A DNA stretch of 60,678 bases from Bacteroidota bacterium (GTDB taxonomy: Bacteria; Bacteroidota; Bacteroidia; J057; RFSG01): positions 1 to 60,678 of the forward strand of contig CANHCC010000001.1 in NCBI GenBank assembly GCA_947459115.1, written 5' to 3'. Position 1 is the stretch's first letter. Every line of letters starts with the position of its first letter. The notes beneath the pieces were generated by a model that saw only the letters and a list, made by a program, of their open reading frames with translations, had not been told where the DNA came from and ran no database searches. This document shows positions 25,112 through 34,017 of this stretch, piece after piece. A program made the position numbers and the translations under genes.

Positions 25112-27175
25112 TTACCCCATCATCACCTGCACGACCCAGGCCCCAACCCATGCCATAACGGTAAGATATGCCAGCATAATTCCCGGCCATTTCCAGGAGC
25201 CGGTCTCTCTTTTGGTAATGGCTAAGGTACTCATGCATTGCATGGCAAAGGCATAAAAAATTATTAAGGCCAGACCGGTTGCCAGGGAATAGACGGGTTT
25301 GCCACTATCCTGAAAGATCTCCTGTCGCATCCGTTCTTTTAGCGTGATGGGGTCTTCCTCCTGATCTGTAGCAGCATACAGTGCCGCCATTGTGCCAACA
25401 AATACTTCTCTTGCTGCAAATGAGGCGATTAAGCCTATGCCGATTTTCCAATCAAAGCCCAGTGGTCGAATAATAGGCTCTATGGCTTTCCCTAAATACC
25501 CGGCGTAGGATACTTCTAATAATTCTGCCTGCTTTTGGGCTTCTAGTTCCGAAGGATTTTGTCCTTCCAAAGTGCTCAGTTGTTCGTATTTGCTTTCAAT
25601 CTCGGCTCGAGGGGCATCCGGGCCATAGGATACAAGAAACCACAAGGCGATGGAAATCATCAAAATAACACGACCCGCTTCCCAAATAAATGCAATGCAC
25701 TTGTGCCAAACCGTCAGAAATATATTTTTTAAGGAAGGGAATCTGTATTGCGGGAGTTCTAAAATAAATGGCAAGGGTTGAGTTTGTGGTAGTCGGCGGT
25801 GCATCACCGCTGCGACCAAAAGGGCCATCAAAAAACCCAGGACATAAAGACCCAACATAATTAATCCCCTTATGTTGATGAATCCCCAAAAATAATACTC
25901 CGGTATGACAAGGGAAATGAGGAGGGTGTAAACCGGTATTCTGGCGGAACAGCTCATAAGGGGGGTTACCAAAATGGTAATCAGGCGTTCTTTTTTGTCA
26001 GGAATGCCGCGGGCGCTCATAATAGAAGGAATCGCACAGGCCATCCCACCAATTAAGGGGATAACCGACCGTCCATTGAGCCCAAACCGACTCATGATGC
26101 GGTCCATCAAAAATACCACCCGAGCCATGTAGCCAGATTCTTCCAGGACTGCAATGAAGAAAAATAAAAAGGCAATTTGGGGAACAAATACGACGACACC
26201 GCCAATGCCTGCAAGAATTCCATTTTGAACTAAATCCTGAGCCGTTCCCTCCGGAAGTAAGCCTGCGATTATTTGTCCTGCTTCAGAAAAAAATAGTTCA
26301 ATCCATTCCATGGGTTTTTCAGCCCAGGCAAAAATGGCCTGAAACATCACCGCCAGCGCCAGCATAAATATCACATAACCCCAAACAGGGTGGGATAGTA
26401 GCTTGTCTGCAGCTTGCTTCTTAGGGCGTTCAGATGGGGCTTGTACAACGACGGATTCCAGGATTTGGTCAATGCGTTGATAGCGTGCCAGCATATCCTG
26501 TATCATCAAGGCTTCAGCCCGGTCAAAGGCTGCGGTGGTAGCATTCAGATTTTTACTTGTTTCCTTCAGAAAGGATTTGTAGTCATCAAAGGTCTTATAT
26601 TGTGAAGACTCCGATGTATTTAGATCTTTTAAAAACAGTTCCGGGGCAGGGAGAAAGGGTTGACCTAATCGATGTTGAAGTTCTCCAATGCCAAAGCCTG
26701 TATGGGCGGAAACAGGCATAATTTCCAGACCTATTGCCTGGCTTAATTTTTCAAAGTCTATCCTTTTTCCGGATTTCTCCAATAAATCTACCCTATTGAC
26801 AATTAACAGGCAGGGAATGCCTGTGTCAGCAATTTGAGAACATAACAGTAAACTGTTTTTTAAGGCTGTTGCATCTGCAACAATCAGGACGCGTTCCGGG
26901 TAGTCGTAATGCTCGCAATCGCTTAGAATATTTGCGGTTACAGCCTCATCTTCCGATTTAGGAAATAAACTATAGGTGCCTGGAAGATCCACCAGTGTGC
27001 CGGATTTTCCACTCGGTAAAATAACTTGACCTGTGGCCTTCTCGACAGTAACTCCGGTAAAATTTCCGATTTTTTGATTCAACCCCGAGAGGGCATTGAA
27101 GAGGGAGGATTTTCCGGAATTCGGTTTTCCGGCAAGTGCTGTGGTTCCCGGCGTATAAATTTCTGTAATGTTCAT
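25112..27175 (-). CDS. feoB: Ferrous iron transporter B
   Basis: G-protein motifs near the N-terminus (AGKPNSGKSSLFNALSG, DLPGTYS, NRVD) are followed by a polytopic membrane domain. I trimmed the start to ATG 27175 (MNITEIYTP...), which overlaps the feoA stop in an ATGA arrangement. The track ORF extends to 27286 through feoA. Confidence 0.92.
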   Translation of the reverse strand: MNITEIYTPGTTALAGKPNSGKSSLFNALSGLNQKIGNFTGVTVEKATGQVILPSGKSGTLVDLPGTYSLFPKSEDEAVTANILSDCEHYDYPERVLIVADATALKNSLLLCSQIADTGIPCLLIVNRVDLLEKSGKRIDFEKLSQAIGLEIMPVSAHTGFGIGELQHRLGQPFLPAPELFLKDLNTSESSQYKTFDDYKSFLKETSKNLNATTAAFDRAEALMIQDMLARYQRIDQILESVVVQAPSERPKKQAADKLLSHPVWGYVIFMLALAVMFQAIFAWAEKPMEWIELFFSEAGQIIAGLLPEGTAQDLVQNGILAGIGGVVVFVPQIAFLFFFIAVLEESGYMARVVFLMDRIMSRFGLNGRSVIPLIGGMACAIPSIMSARGIPDKKERLITILVTPLMSCSARIPVYTLLISLVIPEYYFWGFINIRGLIMLGLYVLGFLMALLVAAVMHRRLPQTQPLPFILELPQYRFPSLKNIFLTVWHKCIAFIWEAGRVILMISIALWFLVSYGPDAPRAEIESKYEQLSTLEGQNPSELEAQKQAELLEVSYAGYLGKAIEPIIRPLGFDWKIGIGLIASFAAREVFVGTMAALYAATDQEEDPITLKERMRQEIFQDSGKPVYSLATGLALIIFYAFAMQCMSTLAITKRETGSWKWPGIMLAYLTVMAWVGAWVVQVMMG

Positions 27176-27429
27176 GCCGGGATATGTTGAACCAGGATGA
27201 TTTTGGCGTCTTCCTGACGCAGGGCAAATTGAATTTCCCCGCTTTGGTAAGCGCCGGGCCCTTGAAAGGGGGCATAAAACAGGCAAGAAATATCGGACCC
27301 GATACTGACACCCATTTCCCCGAGAACTCTTTGTAAATGGGTGGAGCCTATGCTTTTAATTCGAACCGTATTTCCCGGTTTCGATTCCCACAATTCAAAA
27401 ATATCCTTATCTAAATTCATTCCAAACAA
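27172..27429 (-). CDS. feoA: Ferrous iron transport protein A
   Basis: 85 aa with an SH3-like FeoA pattern (G..VRIKSI......LQRVLGEMGVSIGSDI, ALRQEDAKIILV). It sits immediately upstream of feoB and overlaps it by 4 nt. The start could instead be ATG 27420. Confidence 0.85.
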   Translation of the reverse strand: MFGMNLDKDIFELWESKPGNTVRIKSIGSTHLQRVLGEMGVSIGSDISCLFYAPFQGPGAYQSGEIQFALRQEDAKIILVQHIPA

Positions 27430-27717
27430 CCCGTCTGCAAAACTAAAACCATTCCCGAATATGGCGCTAAAATTTTATCTCTTTTGTGGGTTTGGGGTGT
27501 TTTTTTATTTCATCTCCAGTCCACCATCAAAAGGGAAATCAGAAACAGAGGTTGAATCCATGTTTGGGTTTAAGGGGTGTTTTTGAAATCTTTGTCAATC
27601 AATTATTTGTGTTCTTCCATTTCTAGGCTTAAATATGACCGTTCAGGCAAAAAACAATTTGTCTGTTTCGAAAATTAGGGTAAATTGGCAGGATAAACTG
27701 AAAAACCGCTTCTGTCT

Positions 27718-30700
27718 GTGAACCGACTTATACCTATATTTTTACTTCTGCTTTTGGGCGCAAGCCTGCCTATACTTCAGGCACAGCAGATGATTCAGCT
27801 CTATACGGAGGATTTTAATACCGGTGGCGGCTCGTTTACCTTAAATACTTCCGGTCCTGCGGCCAATAATGGGATTAATCAGTTTGTTCTCAATAATCAA
27901 TACAATGGAGGGCCTAATTACCCCGTAACCACACCACAAACCAATACCACCAGCGGCACAATTGGCGGTGCCCCATTTAGTCCGTATCTGCATATTCATG
28001 ATCAGGCCTATGCCGGAACTGCTGCAAATGCCAATTATAATTCCAATGTTGCCTCCGATCGTTTTGCCGCTATGAATCAGGGGTTCTGTACCATGGGTTT
28101 GACCCAGGTTACGCTTACTTTCTTTTATCTGGCACAAGGAAATTCGACGGATTACGGGGAATTGTATTACAGTCTGAATGGTGGTACTTCCTGGATTTCG
28201 ACAGGATATCAGTTTAGTAACACTTCTCTTTGGACCTATCAGATTGTTACCAACCCGGCTTTTGATAATCAGCAAGATGTGAGGTTTGGATTTCGTTGGA
28301 GAAATACAGCCAATGGCTCTGCTCCCTCAATGTCACTTTCCATTGATGATATTATTGTGGTCGGAACTTATGATAACATCAATAGCCCTGTTACCATTAG
28401 TGTGCCTAGTGTTGCACCTGATCCTGTATGTCAAGGGGCTTTCCTAAGCATTCAATATGCTCTGTCCGCGCCATTATGTGCCGGTACCTATGCAATTGAA
28501 ATGTCAAATTCCGCCGGGAATTTTGCCCCCGCCCAAAATATGGGGGTATTCAATATTGGTCCAAATACCACGACCGGTGGGATAAGTATCGTGATTCCAA
28601 CCACGACACCTGCAGGTAATTGTTATCGAATACGAATTTCACGCCTGAGTCCTGCGCCGGCTATTACAGGTATTGCTTCAGTTTGTTTTACAGTTCAGGC
28701 TTGTCCCAATACAATCACAACGCTTCAACCCGCAGTGACTCTTGGGCCGGATACATTATGTGTGAACAGTGTGATTGATGTGCCGTTTTATTCCACAGGC
28801 GCTTTTCTTGCCAATAATCAGTACATCGCGCAACTATCAGATGCCAATGGCAGTTTTGCCAGCCCTCAGACCATTGGTTCCATCCCGGATCCCAATACTT
28901 ATGATCCTACCTTAGGCTCGCCTCCGGGAAATGTATCCGGGGTTGTGCCTGTTACGCCTCCGGGATGTAATTACTATATTCGGGTGGTCTCTACAAGTCC
29001 ATCCGTTATTCCTCCGCCGCCCTCTTATTTTGGACCTTTCTGTATTCGGCAGTGTGACATTGAAACGAATAACATTGTAGATATCAGCATGTGTATCACT
29101 GCCGGAATCGGTGCAGACAGTACCGTTCAGATAAATGTAAATTCCTGGAACAATACTACGACTTACTGTCCTACCAATCAGTTTCAAATTCAGGTCATCA
29201 ATTCTCAAACCTATCAGGTTTTAAATACGGGGGGGCTTGGAACCGTTAATCTGAGCGGCAATGGGAGTATGACTTTATCTGTGCCCGGCTTAAGCCAGTT
29301 AATCCCTATCATTGGTGCTCCCGGAACAGGCATGTTTTATGTGCGTGTGGTGGCCACCTGTCCTTCTGACACCAATCAGGTTTTGGGTACTTTAATTCGT
29401 TTAACCATCGGTGCACCGGATTCCATACCTCCAACTATTTTTCCCAGTGATTCGGCTATTTGTCCGGGGGATATATTAAGCCTGTTTTATTTTCCAATGA
29501 AGCCGGGTTCCAGATACCAGTGGTGGTCGCCTTCCTTGCAAAATGGGAATCCTTTCTTTTGGGCTTTTAATCCTTTAATGGTGCAGTTTAACCCCAATGC
29601 GCCTCCGGGTACCCATTACTTCTCCGTCAGAGAAAATAATATGGGGTGCTGGGGACCATGGGCGGATACGGTTTCCGTCAATGTTTTAGGGGTGCCGAAT
29701 GTCAACATAACCGGACCTACTCCGGTTTGTGCCGGAGATACGGTACAATTTCAAGTGCCATTTATGGACAATACCTATTATCAATGGAATATTACTTTTG
29801 GCAATATAATTGATACGGCTAATAATGTTATTACAGTCGTATTTCCTGGTCCGGGAACAGGAAGCGTTAGTGTTTTTGCATTGAATAAATGCGGGTCAGC
29901 AACCGGTAATTATAATTTTACGGTATTAAGTAAACCTATCGTAACTGCCAGCAATGACACAACCCTTTGTGTCAATGTTCCCGTAACGCTCAGTGCCCAA
30001 AGCAATGCGACGACTTACGATTGGTTTGCAGGAAGTAATCCAATCGGCTCCGGCCAAAGTATCGTGGTTACACCTCAGGTGACGACGACCTATACCGTGG
30101 TTGTCACGGATCAAAATGGCTGTAAGCAAAGGGATTCCGTAACCGTTAATTTGTTTGACTTACCCGTTCCGGATTATGTCGTGATGGAGGAAAAATGTTT
30201 TGGAGATAATACCGGCTCCGCCACCGTAACGGTTACCGGCGGGTTGCCTCCTTTCCAATATGCATGGTCCACGCTTCCTCCACAAACAAGTACCACGGCA
30301 ATAAATCTGCCTCAGGGAACTTTCCAATTGTCTATTACTGATAATCTGGGATGTGTTTTTTTAGATACAATTGAAATTACCGGACCGGATACTTTGGATG
30401 CGCAGATTCTTCCAAGTCACATCTCTTGTTTTGGATATATCAATGGTTCCGCTCTTGCCAGTCCTACCGGCGGGATACCTCCCTACCGTTATGCCTGGTC
30501 AACCGGCGGAAACAATGCGCTCGTACAGGGATTGTCTGCCGGTACATATAATCTCACCGTCACAGATAGCAATAATTGTATTGCCACAAATTCCGTGGTC
30601 ATTCTGCAGCCCACTCAATTGATAACGACCCTGCAAGAGAAGCAGGTTAGTTGTTTTAATGGGTCAGACGGGGTAGCTACTTCGATGACGCAGGGTGGTA

Positions 30701-31857
30701 CGCCGGGTTACTTATATAACTGGAGTACCAATCCCCCTCAACAGGCCGCTACTGCCTTTGGGTTATCTGCCGGTACTTATCGGGTTACGGTCACAGATGG
30801 AAACGGATGCCAAACGGATGGCTTTGTAACCGTCACGCAGCCTGATAGCATTCGATGGGACTTAGAGGTGCGCAATCCTACATGCTATGGGTATTTCGAT
30901 GGATGGGCTGTCGTAACCCTCTCAGGAGGTATACCTGGATATCAGGTTAATTGGGGAATTCAAAAAGCGCCCGACGTTTGGATGGCCACCGGCTTGAATG
31001 CAGGGCTGCATTTATTCCCCGTGATGGATTCCCGCAATTGTTTGGATACTGTTCCAGTGCTTCTGGGTCAACCTAATCCCTTGCCTTCTCCAACGGTATT
31101 TGACGATACCATTTGTGCAGGAGATCGTGCGGCACTCAAAGGCATGGTGCAAGGCGAGAAAAATTCAGTGTGTTGGTCCTTCACAGCTTCTGACCAGTAC
31201 CCGATTTTTTGCGGCAAAACTTATCTGACCGATGCCTTGTATTCCACCCGATATTATTTTGCTCAAACCGTAGATGATATTGGTTGTAAAGGCGCAATGA
31301 TTCCGGTACTTGTAACGGTAAATCCTATACCCTCTGTTGAGTTTGAGGCAGATAAAGTCTACAATGAATTGCCCAATGCAGTCTTTAGTTTTTATCCGAC
31401 GGATACTTTTCCTGAAATTGTATCCTGGTTGTGGGAGCTAGGAGATGGCAATACCTCTCTGCAAAGAGAACCAGTGCACCAGTATTCAGAAACCGGGCAT
31501 TACACGGTGAAAGTTACAGCAATAGATTCCAACGGCTGTAAAGCAGTGGTAGAAAAAATCCGATATGTAGAAGTTGGCAGGACGGTTTTCCTCGTAGCCC
31601 CTAATGCCTTTTCACCCAATGGCGATGGGGTGAATGATTTCTTCAGTATAAGTCACCGCTTCATTCAATCCTTCACTATTAAGATGTTCGATAGATGGGG
31701 GAATATGATATATACTTCTGATAACCCGAATTTCCGTTGGGATGGCTCTTTAAATGGTCAGCCTTTGCCCGAAGGCGCCTATGTGTTTACGGTTTATGGA
31801 TTGGCCGCAGATGGAACACCGGTGGAATTATCCGGTTCGGTAACTTTAATTCGTTAA
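27718..31857 (+). CDS. T9SS cargo surface protein with Ig-like domains, 4 SprB repeats, a PKD domain and a type B CTD
   Basis: 1379 aa with a GTG start and signal peptide (LLLLLGASLPILQAQQ). SprB units are present (CFGDNTGSATVTVTGGLPPFQYAWST and others). LGDGNT marks the PKD domain. The tail reads AFSPNGDGVNDFF...MFDRWGN...WDGSLNG...GAYVF. Confidence 0.9.
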   Translation: MNRLIPIFLLLLLGASLPILQAQQMIQLYTEDFNTGGGSFTLNTSGPAANNGINQFVLNNQYNGGPNYPVTTPQTNTTSGTIGGAPFSPYLHIHDQAYAGTAANANYNSNVASDRFAAMNQGFCTMGLTQVTLTFFYLAQGNSTDYGELYYSLNGGTSWISTGYQFSNTSLWTYQIVTNPAFDNQQDVRFGFRWRNTANGSAPSMSLSIDDIIVVGTYDNINSPVTISVPSVAPDPVCQGAFLSIQYALSAPLCAGTYAIEMSNSAGNFAPAQNMGVFNIGPNTTTGGISIVIPTTTPAGNCYRIRISRLSPAPAITGIASVCFTVQACPNTITTLQPAVTLGPDTLCVNSVIDVPFYSTGAFLANNQYIAQLSDANGSFASPQTIGSIPDPNTYDPTLGSPPGNVSGVVPVTPPGCNYYIRVVSTSPSVIPPPPSYFGPFCIRQCDIETNNIVDISMCITAGIGADSTVQINVNSWNNTTTYCPTNQFQIQVINSQTYQVLNTGGLGTVNLSGNGSMTLSVPGLSQLIPIIGAPGTGMFYVRVVATCPSDTNQVLGTLIRLTIGAPDSIPPTIFPSDSAICPGDILSLFYFPMKPGSRYQWWSPSLQNGNPFFWAFNPLMVQFNPNAPPGTHYFSVRENNMGCWGPWADTVSVNVLGVPNVNITGPTPVCAGDTVQFQVPFMDNTYYQWNITFGNIIDTANNVITVVFPGPGTGSVSVFALNKCGSATGNYNFTVLSKPIVTASNDTTLCVNVPVTLSAQSNATTYDWFAGSNPIGSGQSIVVTPQVTTTYTVVVTDQNGCKQRDSVTVNLFDLPVPDYVVMEEKCFGDNTGSATVTVTGGLPPFQYAWSTLPPQTSTTAINLPQGTFQLSITDNLGCVFLDTIEITGPDTLDAQILPSHISCFGYINGSALASPTGGIPPYRYAWSTGGNNALVQGLSAGTYNLTVTDSNNCIATNSVVILQPTQLITTLQEKQVSCFNGSDGVATSMTQGGTPGYLYNWSTNPPQQAATAFGLSAGTYRVTVTDGNGCQTDGFVTVTQPDSIRWDLEVRNPTCYGYFDGWAVVTLSGGIPGYQVNWGIQKAPDVWMATGLNAGLHLFPVMDSRNCLDTVPVLLGQPNPLPSPTVFDDTICAGDRAALKGMVQGEKNSVCWSFTASDQYPIFCGKTYLTDALYSTRYYFAQTVDDIGCKGAMIPVLVTVNPIPSVEFEADKVYNELPNAVFSFYPTDTFPEIVSWLWELGDGNTSLQREPVHQYSETGHYTVKVTAIDSNGCKAVVEKIRYVEVGRTVFLVAPNAFSPNGDGVNDFFSISHRFIQSFTIKMFDRWGNMIYTSDNPNFRWDGSLNGQPLPEGAYVFTVYGLAADGTPVELSGSVTLIR
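30150..31080 (+). repeat. Four tandem SprB-type repeats (about 232 nt each) inside the 1379-aa ORF
   Basis: Four occurrences of the CxGxxxG...GG(L/I/T)P(P/G)(F/Y)xYxWS unit in the translation. Confidence 0.75.
31585..31854 (+). other. T9SS type B C-terminal domain (gliding motility-associated C-terminal domain)
   Basis: VFLVAPNAFSPNGDGVNDFFSI...IKMFDRWGNMIY...FRWDGSLNGQPLPEGAYVFTVY...GSVTLIR. Confidence 0.85.
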
Positions 31858-31861
31858 GGAA

Positions 31862-32308
31862 ATGATGCACCCAAAATATTTTCTCATGCTGTTTTTCTTG
31901 TTGTGTTTTCATGGCCTGATGGCACAACAATTTCCGCTTTCCTTTTCTCAGTCTGTGTGGGAGGTTGGCGATATTCCTCAAAAGGGATTGAAGAATCAGG
32001 TAATCCAGGTGACCAATGTGACTGAGGCTCCGGTTGGTATTTATCAGTTTAATCCTATGAATCCAATGGTGTCAGGCAGAGCAAGAAAGACATTATTGCA
32101 AGCAGGGGAAACAACAGATGTTCATCTGCAAATGTATGCGCATGGAGAGAAAGGCGATTTTGCGCACAAGATTGTGGTGACCTTGATTGGAGATAAGCGC
32201 ACGGCCGAAATTATTGTTAAAGGAAAAATTACAGAACCCCAGCCTCTGGGAGTAGGAAAAATTAAGCCGGACACTGCCGGCTTACCTGTACTTAAAGTAG
32301 GAAAATGA
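31862..32308 (+). CDS. Secreted DUF1573-like (Ig/ASH-fold) protein
   Basis: 148 aa with a signal peptide (LLCFHGLMAQQ). The pattern F...WEVGDI..G......QVTN....P..I resembles DUF1573 but lacks the usual Cys pair. It starts 4 nt after the upstream type B CTD gene. Confidence 0.45.
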   Translation: MMHPKYFLMLFFLLCFHGLMAQQFPLSFSQSVWEVGDIPQKGLKNQVIQVTNVTEAPVGIYQFNPMNPMVSGRARKTLLQAGETTDVHLQMYAHGEKGDFAHKIVVTLIGDKRTAEIIVKGKITEPQPLGVGKIKPDTAGLPVLKVGK

Positions 32309-32350
32309 GCTTCGCTTGCACCAAGCCCCTGCTTGGTGCAAGCGAAGTGC
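32309..32350. terminator. Long GC-rich hairpin between convergent genes; probable bidirectional terminator
   Basis: GCTTCGCTTGCACCAAGC - CCCT - GCTTGGTGCAAGCGAAG(T)GC gives 17 perfect bp plus a bulge. It is flanked by a T/A-rich run (ATTATTTTATAA) on the 3' side and sits between the 31862 gene stop and the serS stop. Confidence 0.6.
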
Positions 32351-32355
32351 ATGCA

Positions 32356-33636
32356 TTATTTTATAATCTCAAATCCTGTATAAGGTACCAGTGCTTTAGG
32401 AATCCTTATATGTCCCTCCTCTGTTTGATTGTTTTCCATCAAGGAAGCCAGAATTCTCGGTAAAGCTAAAGCCGAGCCATTAAGGGTATGGCATAACTTA
32501 TTGCTTTGACTGCTTTTGTCTTTGTATCGTAATTTCAGACGATTGGCTTGAAAGGTCTCAAAGTTGCTGACAGAGCTGACTTCCAGCCATTTTTCCTGAG
32601 CCGCACTCCATACTTCCATGTCATAGGTTTTGGCCGAATTGAAGCTCATGTCTCCTCCACACAACAAGACCACCCGATAAGGTAATTCAAGTTTTTGCAG
32701 CAGAGTTTGTACATAAGCACTCATTTGCTCTAATGCCTCATAGGACTTATCCGGGTGGGTAATTTGTACAATCTCCACCTTGTCAAACTGGTGAAGCCGA
32801 TTGAGTCCCCTGACATCTTTACCATAAGATCCGGCTTCTCTTCTGAAGCAAGGCGTGTACCCACAATTTTTGATTGGGAAGTCCTCTTCAGTTAAAATTA
32901 CATCCCGATAAATATTGGTTACCGGTACCTCGGCAGTTGGAATGAGATATAAATTGTCTTCGGTCACAAAATACATCTGCCCTTCTTTATCCGGCAATTG
33001 CCCAGTGCCGTAACCGGAATCAGCATTGATTAAAATCGGCGGCTGGATTTCCAAATAGCCTTCATTTCTGGCTTCATCTAGAAAAAAATTAATCAATGCC
33101 CTTTGGATTCGGGCCCCTGCGCCTTTATAAACGGGGAATCCTGCGCCCGTGATTTTGTTGCCTAATTCAAAATCAATTATATCTAAGCTTTTCGCCAGGT
33201 CCCAATGAGGTTTGGCATTGGGCGGGAGTTGGATTTTTAGGTCATTCTGAAATACAATGGTATTGTCTTCCGGTGTTTTGCCGGGAGGAACGGAAGGGTC
33301 GGGAAGGTTAGGAAGAGAAACCAGTAAGGCCTGCTGTTCTTTTTCGATATCCTCTAATGATTTTTCCAGCTGTTTGATGGTGTCTTTTAGCGTATTGACA
33401 TTGGCCTTTAATGCTTCAGCACCCGCCTTGTCTCCTGAAGCCATCATTTGGCCTATGGTTTTGGCTGCGGCATTAGATTCTGCCCGGTTTTGTTCGAGTC
33501 GGGTCATGACGCTTCTTCGATTTTCATCGAACGCAAGTATCGCATCAATTTTTTCTGCGGCTTGCTGCACTCCCTTTAGGGTCAAGCCAGCGATAGCCGT
33601 ATCTTTTTGATCTCTAAGCTGAGAAAGTAATAACAT
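32356..33636 (-). CDS. serS: Seryl-tRNA synthetase
   Basis: 426 aa with an N-terminal coiled-coil arm and class II motifs (FRRE.GS.GKD.RGL.R.HQF.KVE, GSALA..R). Confidence 0.93.
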   Translation of the reverse strand: MLLLSQLRDQKDTAIAGLTLKGVQQAAEKIDAILAFDENRRSVMTRLEQNRAESNAAAKTIGQMMASGDKAGAEALKANVNTLKDTIKQLEKSLEDIEKEQQALLVSLPNLPDPSVPPGKTPEDNTIVFQNDLKIQLPPNAKPHWDLAKSLDIIDFELGNKITGAGFPVYKGAGARIQRALINFFLDEARNEGYLEIQPPILINADSGYGTGQLPDKEGQMYFVTEDNLYLIPTAEVPVTNIYRDVILTEEDFPIKNCGYTPCFRREAGSYGKDVRGLNRLHQFDKVEIVQITHPDKSYEALEQMSAYVQTLLQKLELPYRVVLLCGGDMSFNSAKTYDMEVWSAAQEKWLEVSSVSNFETFQANRLKLRYKDKSSQSNKLCHTLNGSALALPRILASLMENNQTEEGHIRIPKALVPYTGFEIIK

Positions 33637-33797
33637 AGTGTTTTTGGCTTCGTTATAAGGGACAAAATAAAGAAAAAATAGGGGGATTGTTCAGAATTGA
33701 TTCAACCTGACGCTAAGTCCTTTTTGAAAATATATAGAAGGCTTTGACTATCAAGTGTCCCTAATGACAATCGTAAAAAAATCAATTGACCTCAAGA

Positions 33798-33829
33798 TTT
33801 GGCAAATATTGAGAATCCTGTTACTTTTG
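33798..33829 (+). promoter_or_regulatory. Candidate Bacteroidota sigma-A promoter for rho (-33 TTTG at 33798-33801, -7 TACTTTTG at 33822-33829)
   Basis: Both elements were read directly, with 20-nt spacing. This would give a leader of about 180 nt. No experimental support. Confidence 0.35.
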
Positions 33830-34017
33830 TCAGGCGTTTAGTGCAGTTCGTTACACCTGGAACCTTGTTGTTTCATAAGTTAACGAAGCGGATTTTAGCC
33901 GGTATTCTTTTCTATTCGTCTTCGGCATCCGTTTATCTCTAACGCCAATCAAAAAATCTCTTCTAGTTTAATACTGCCTTTGCGTATTATCCCATTGTTC
34001 ACAGTACTTTATTATCT

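Noticed and set aside
27176-27286. N-terminal extension of 37 aa on the feoB ORF in the track (MPVLCPLSRARRLPKRG...).
   Set aside because: It overlaps feoA in another frame. The canonical FeoB G-domain begins right after the internal ATG 27175, which forms an ATGA overlap with the feoA stop.
27430-27717. Fur box in the feoA promoter region.
   Set aside because: Only a weak AT-rich partial match (around 27591-27609) to the classic GATAATGATAATCATTATC consensus. That is not enough to annotate.
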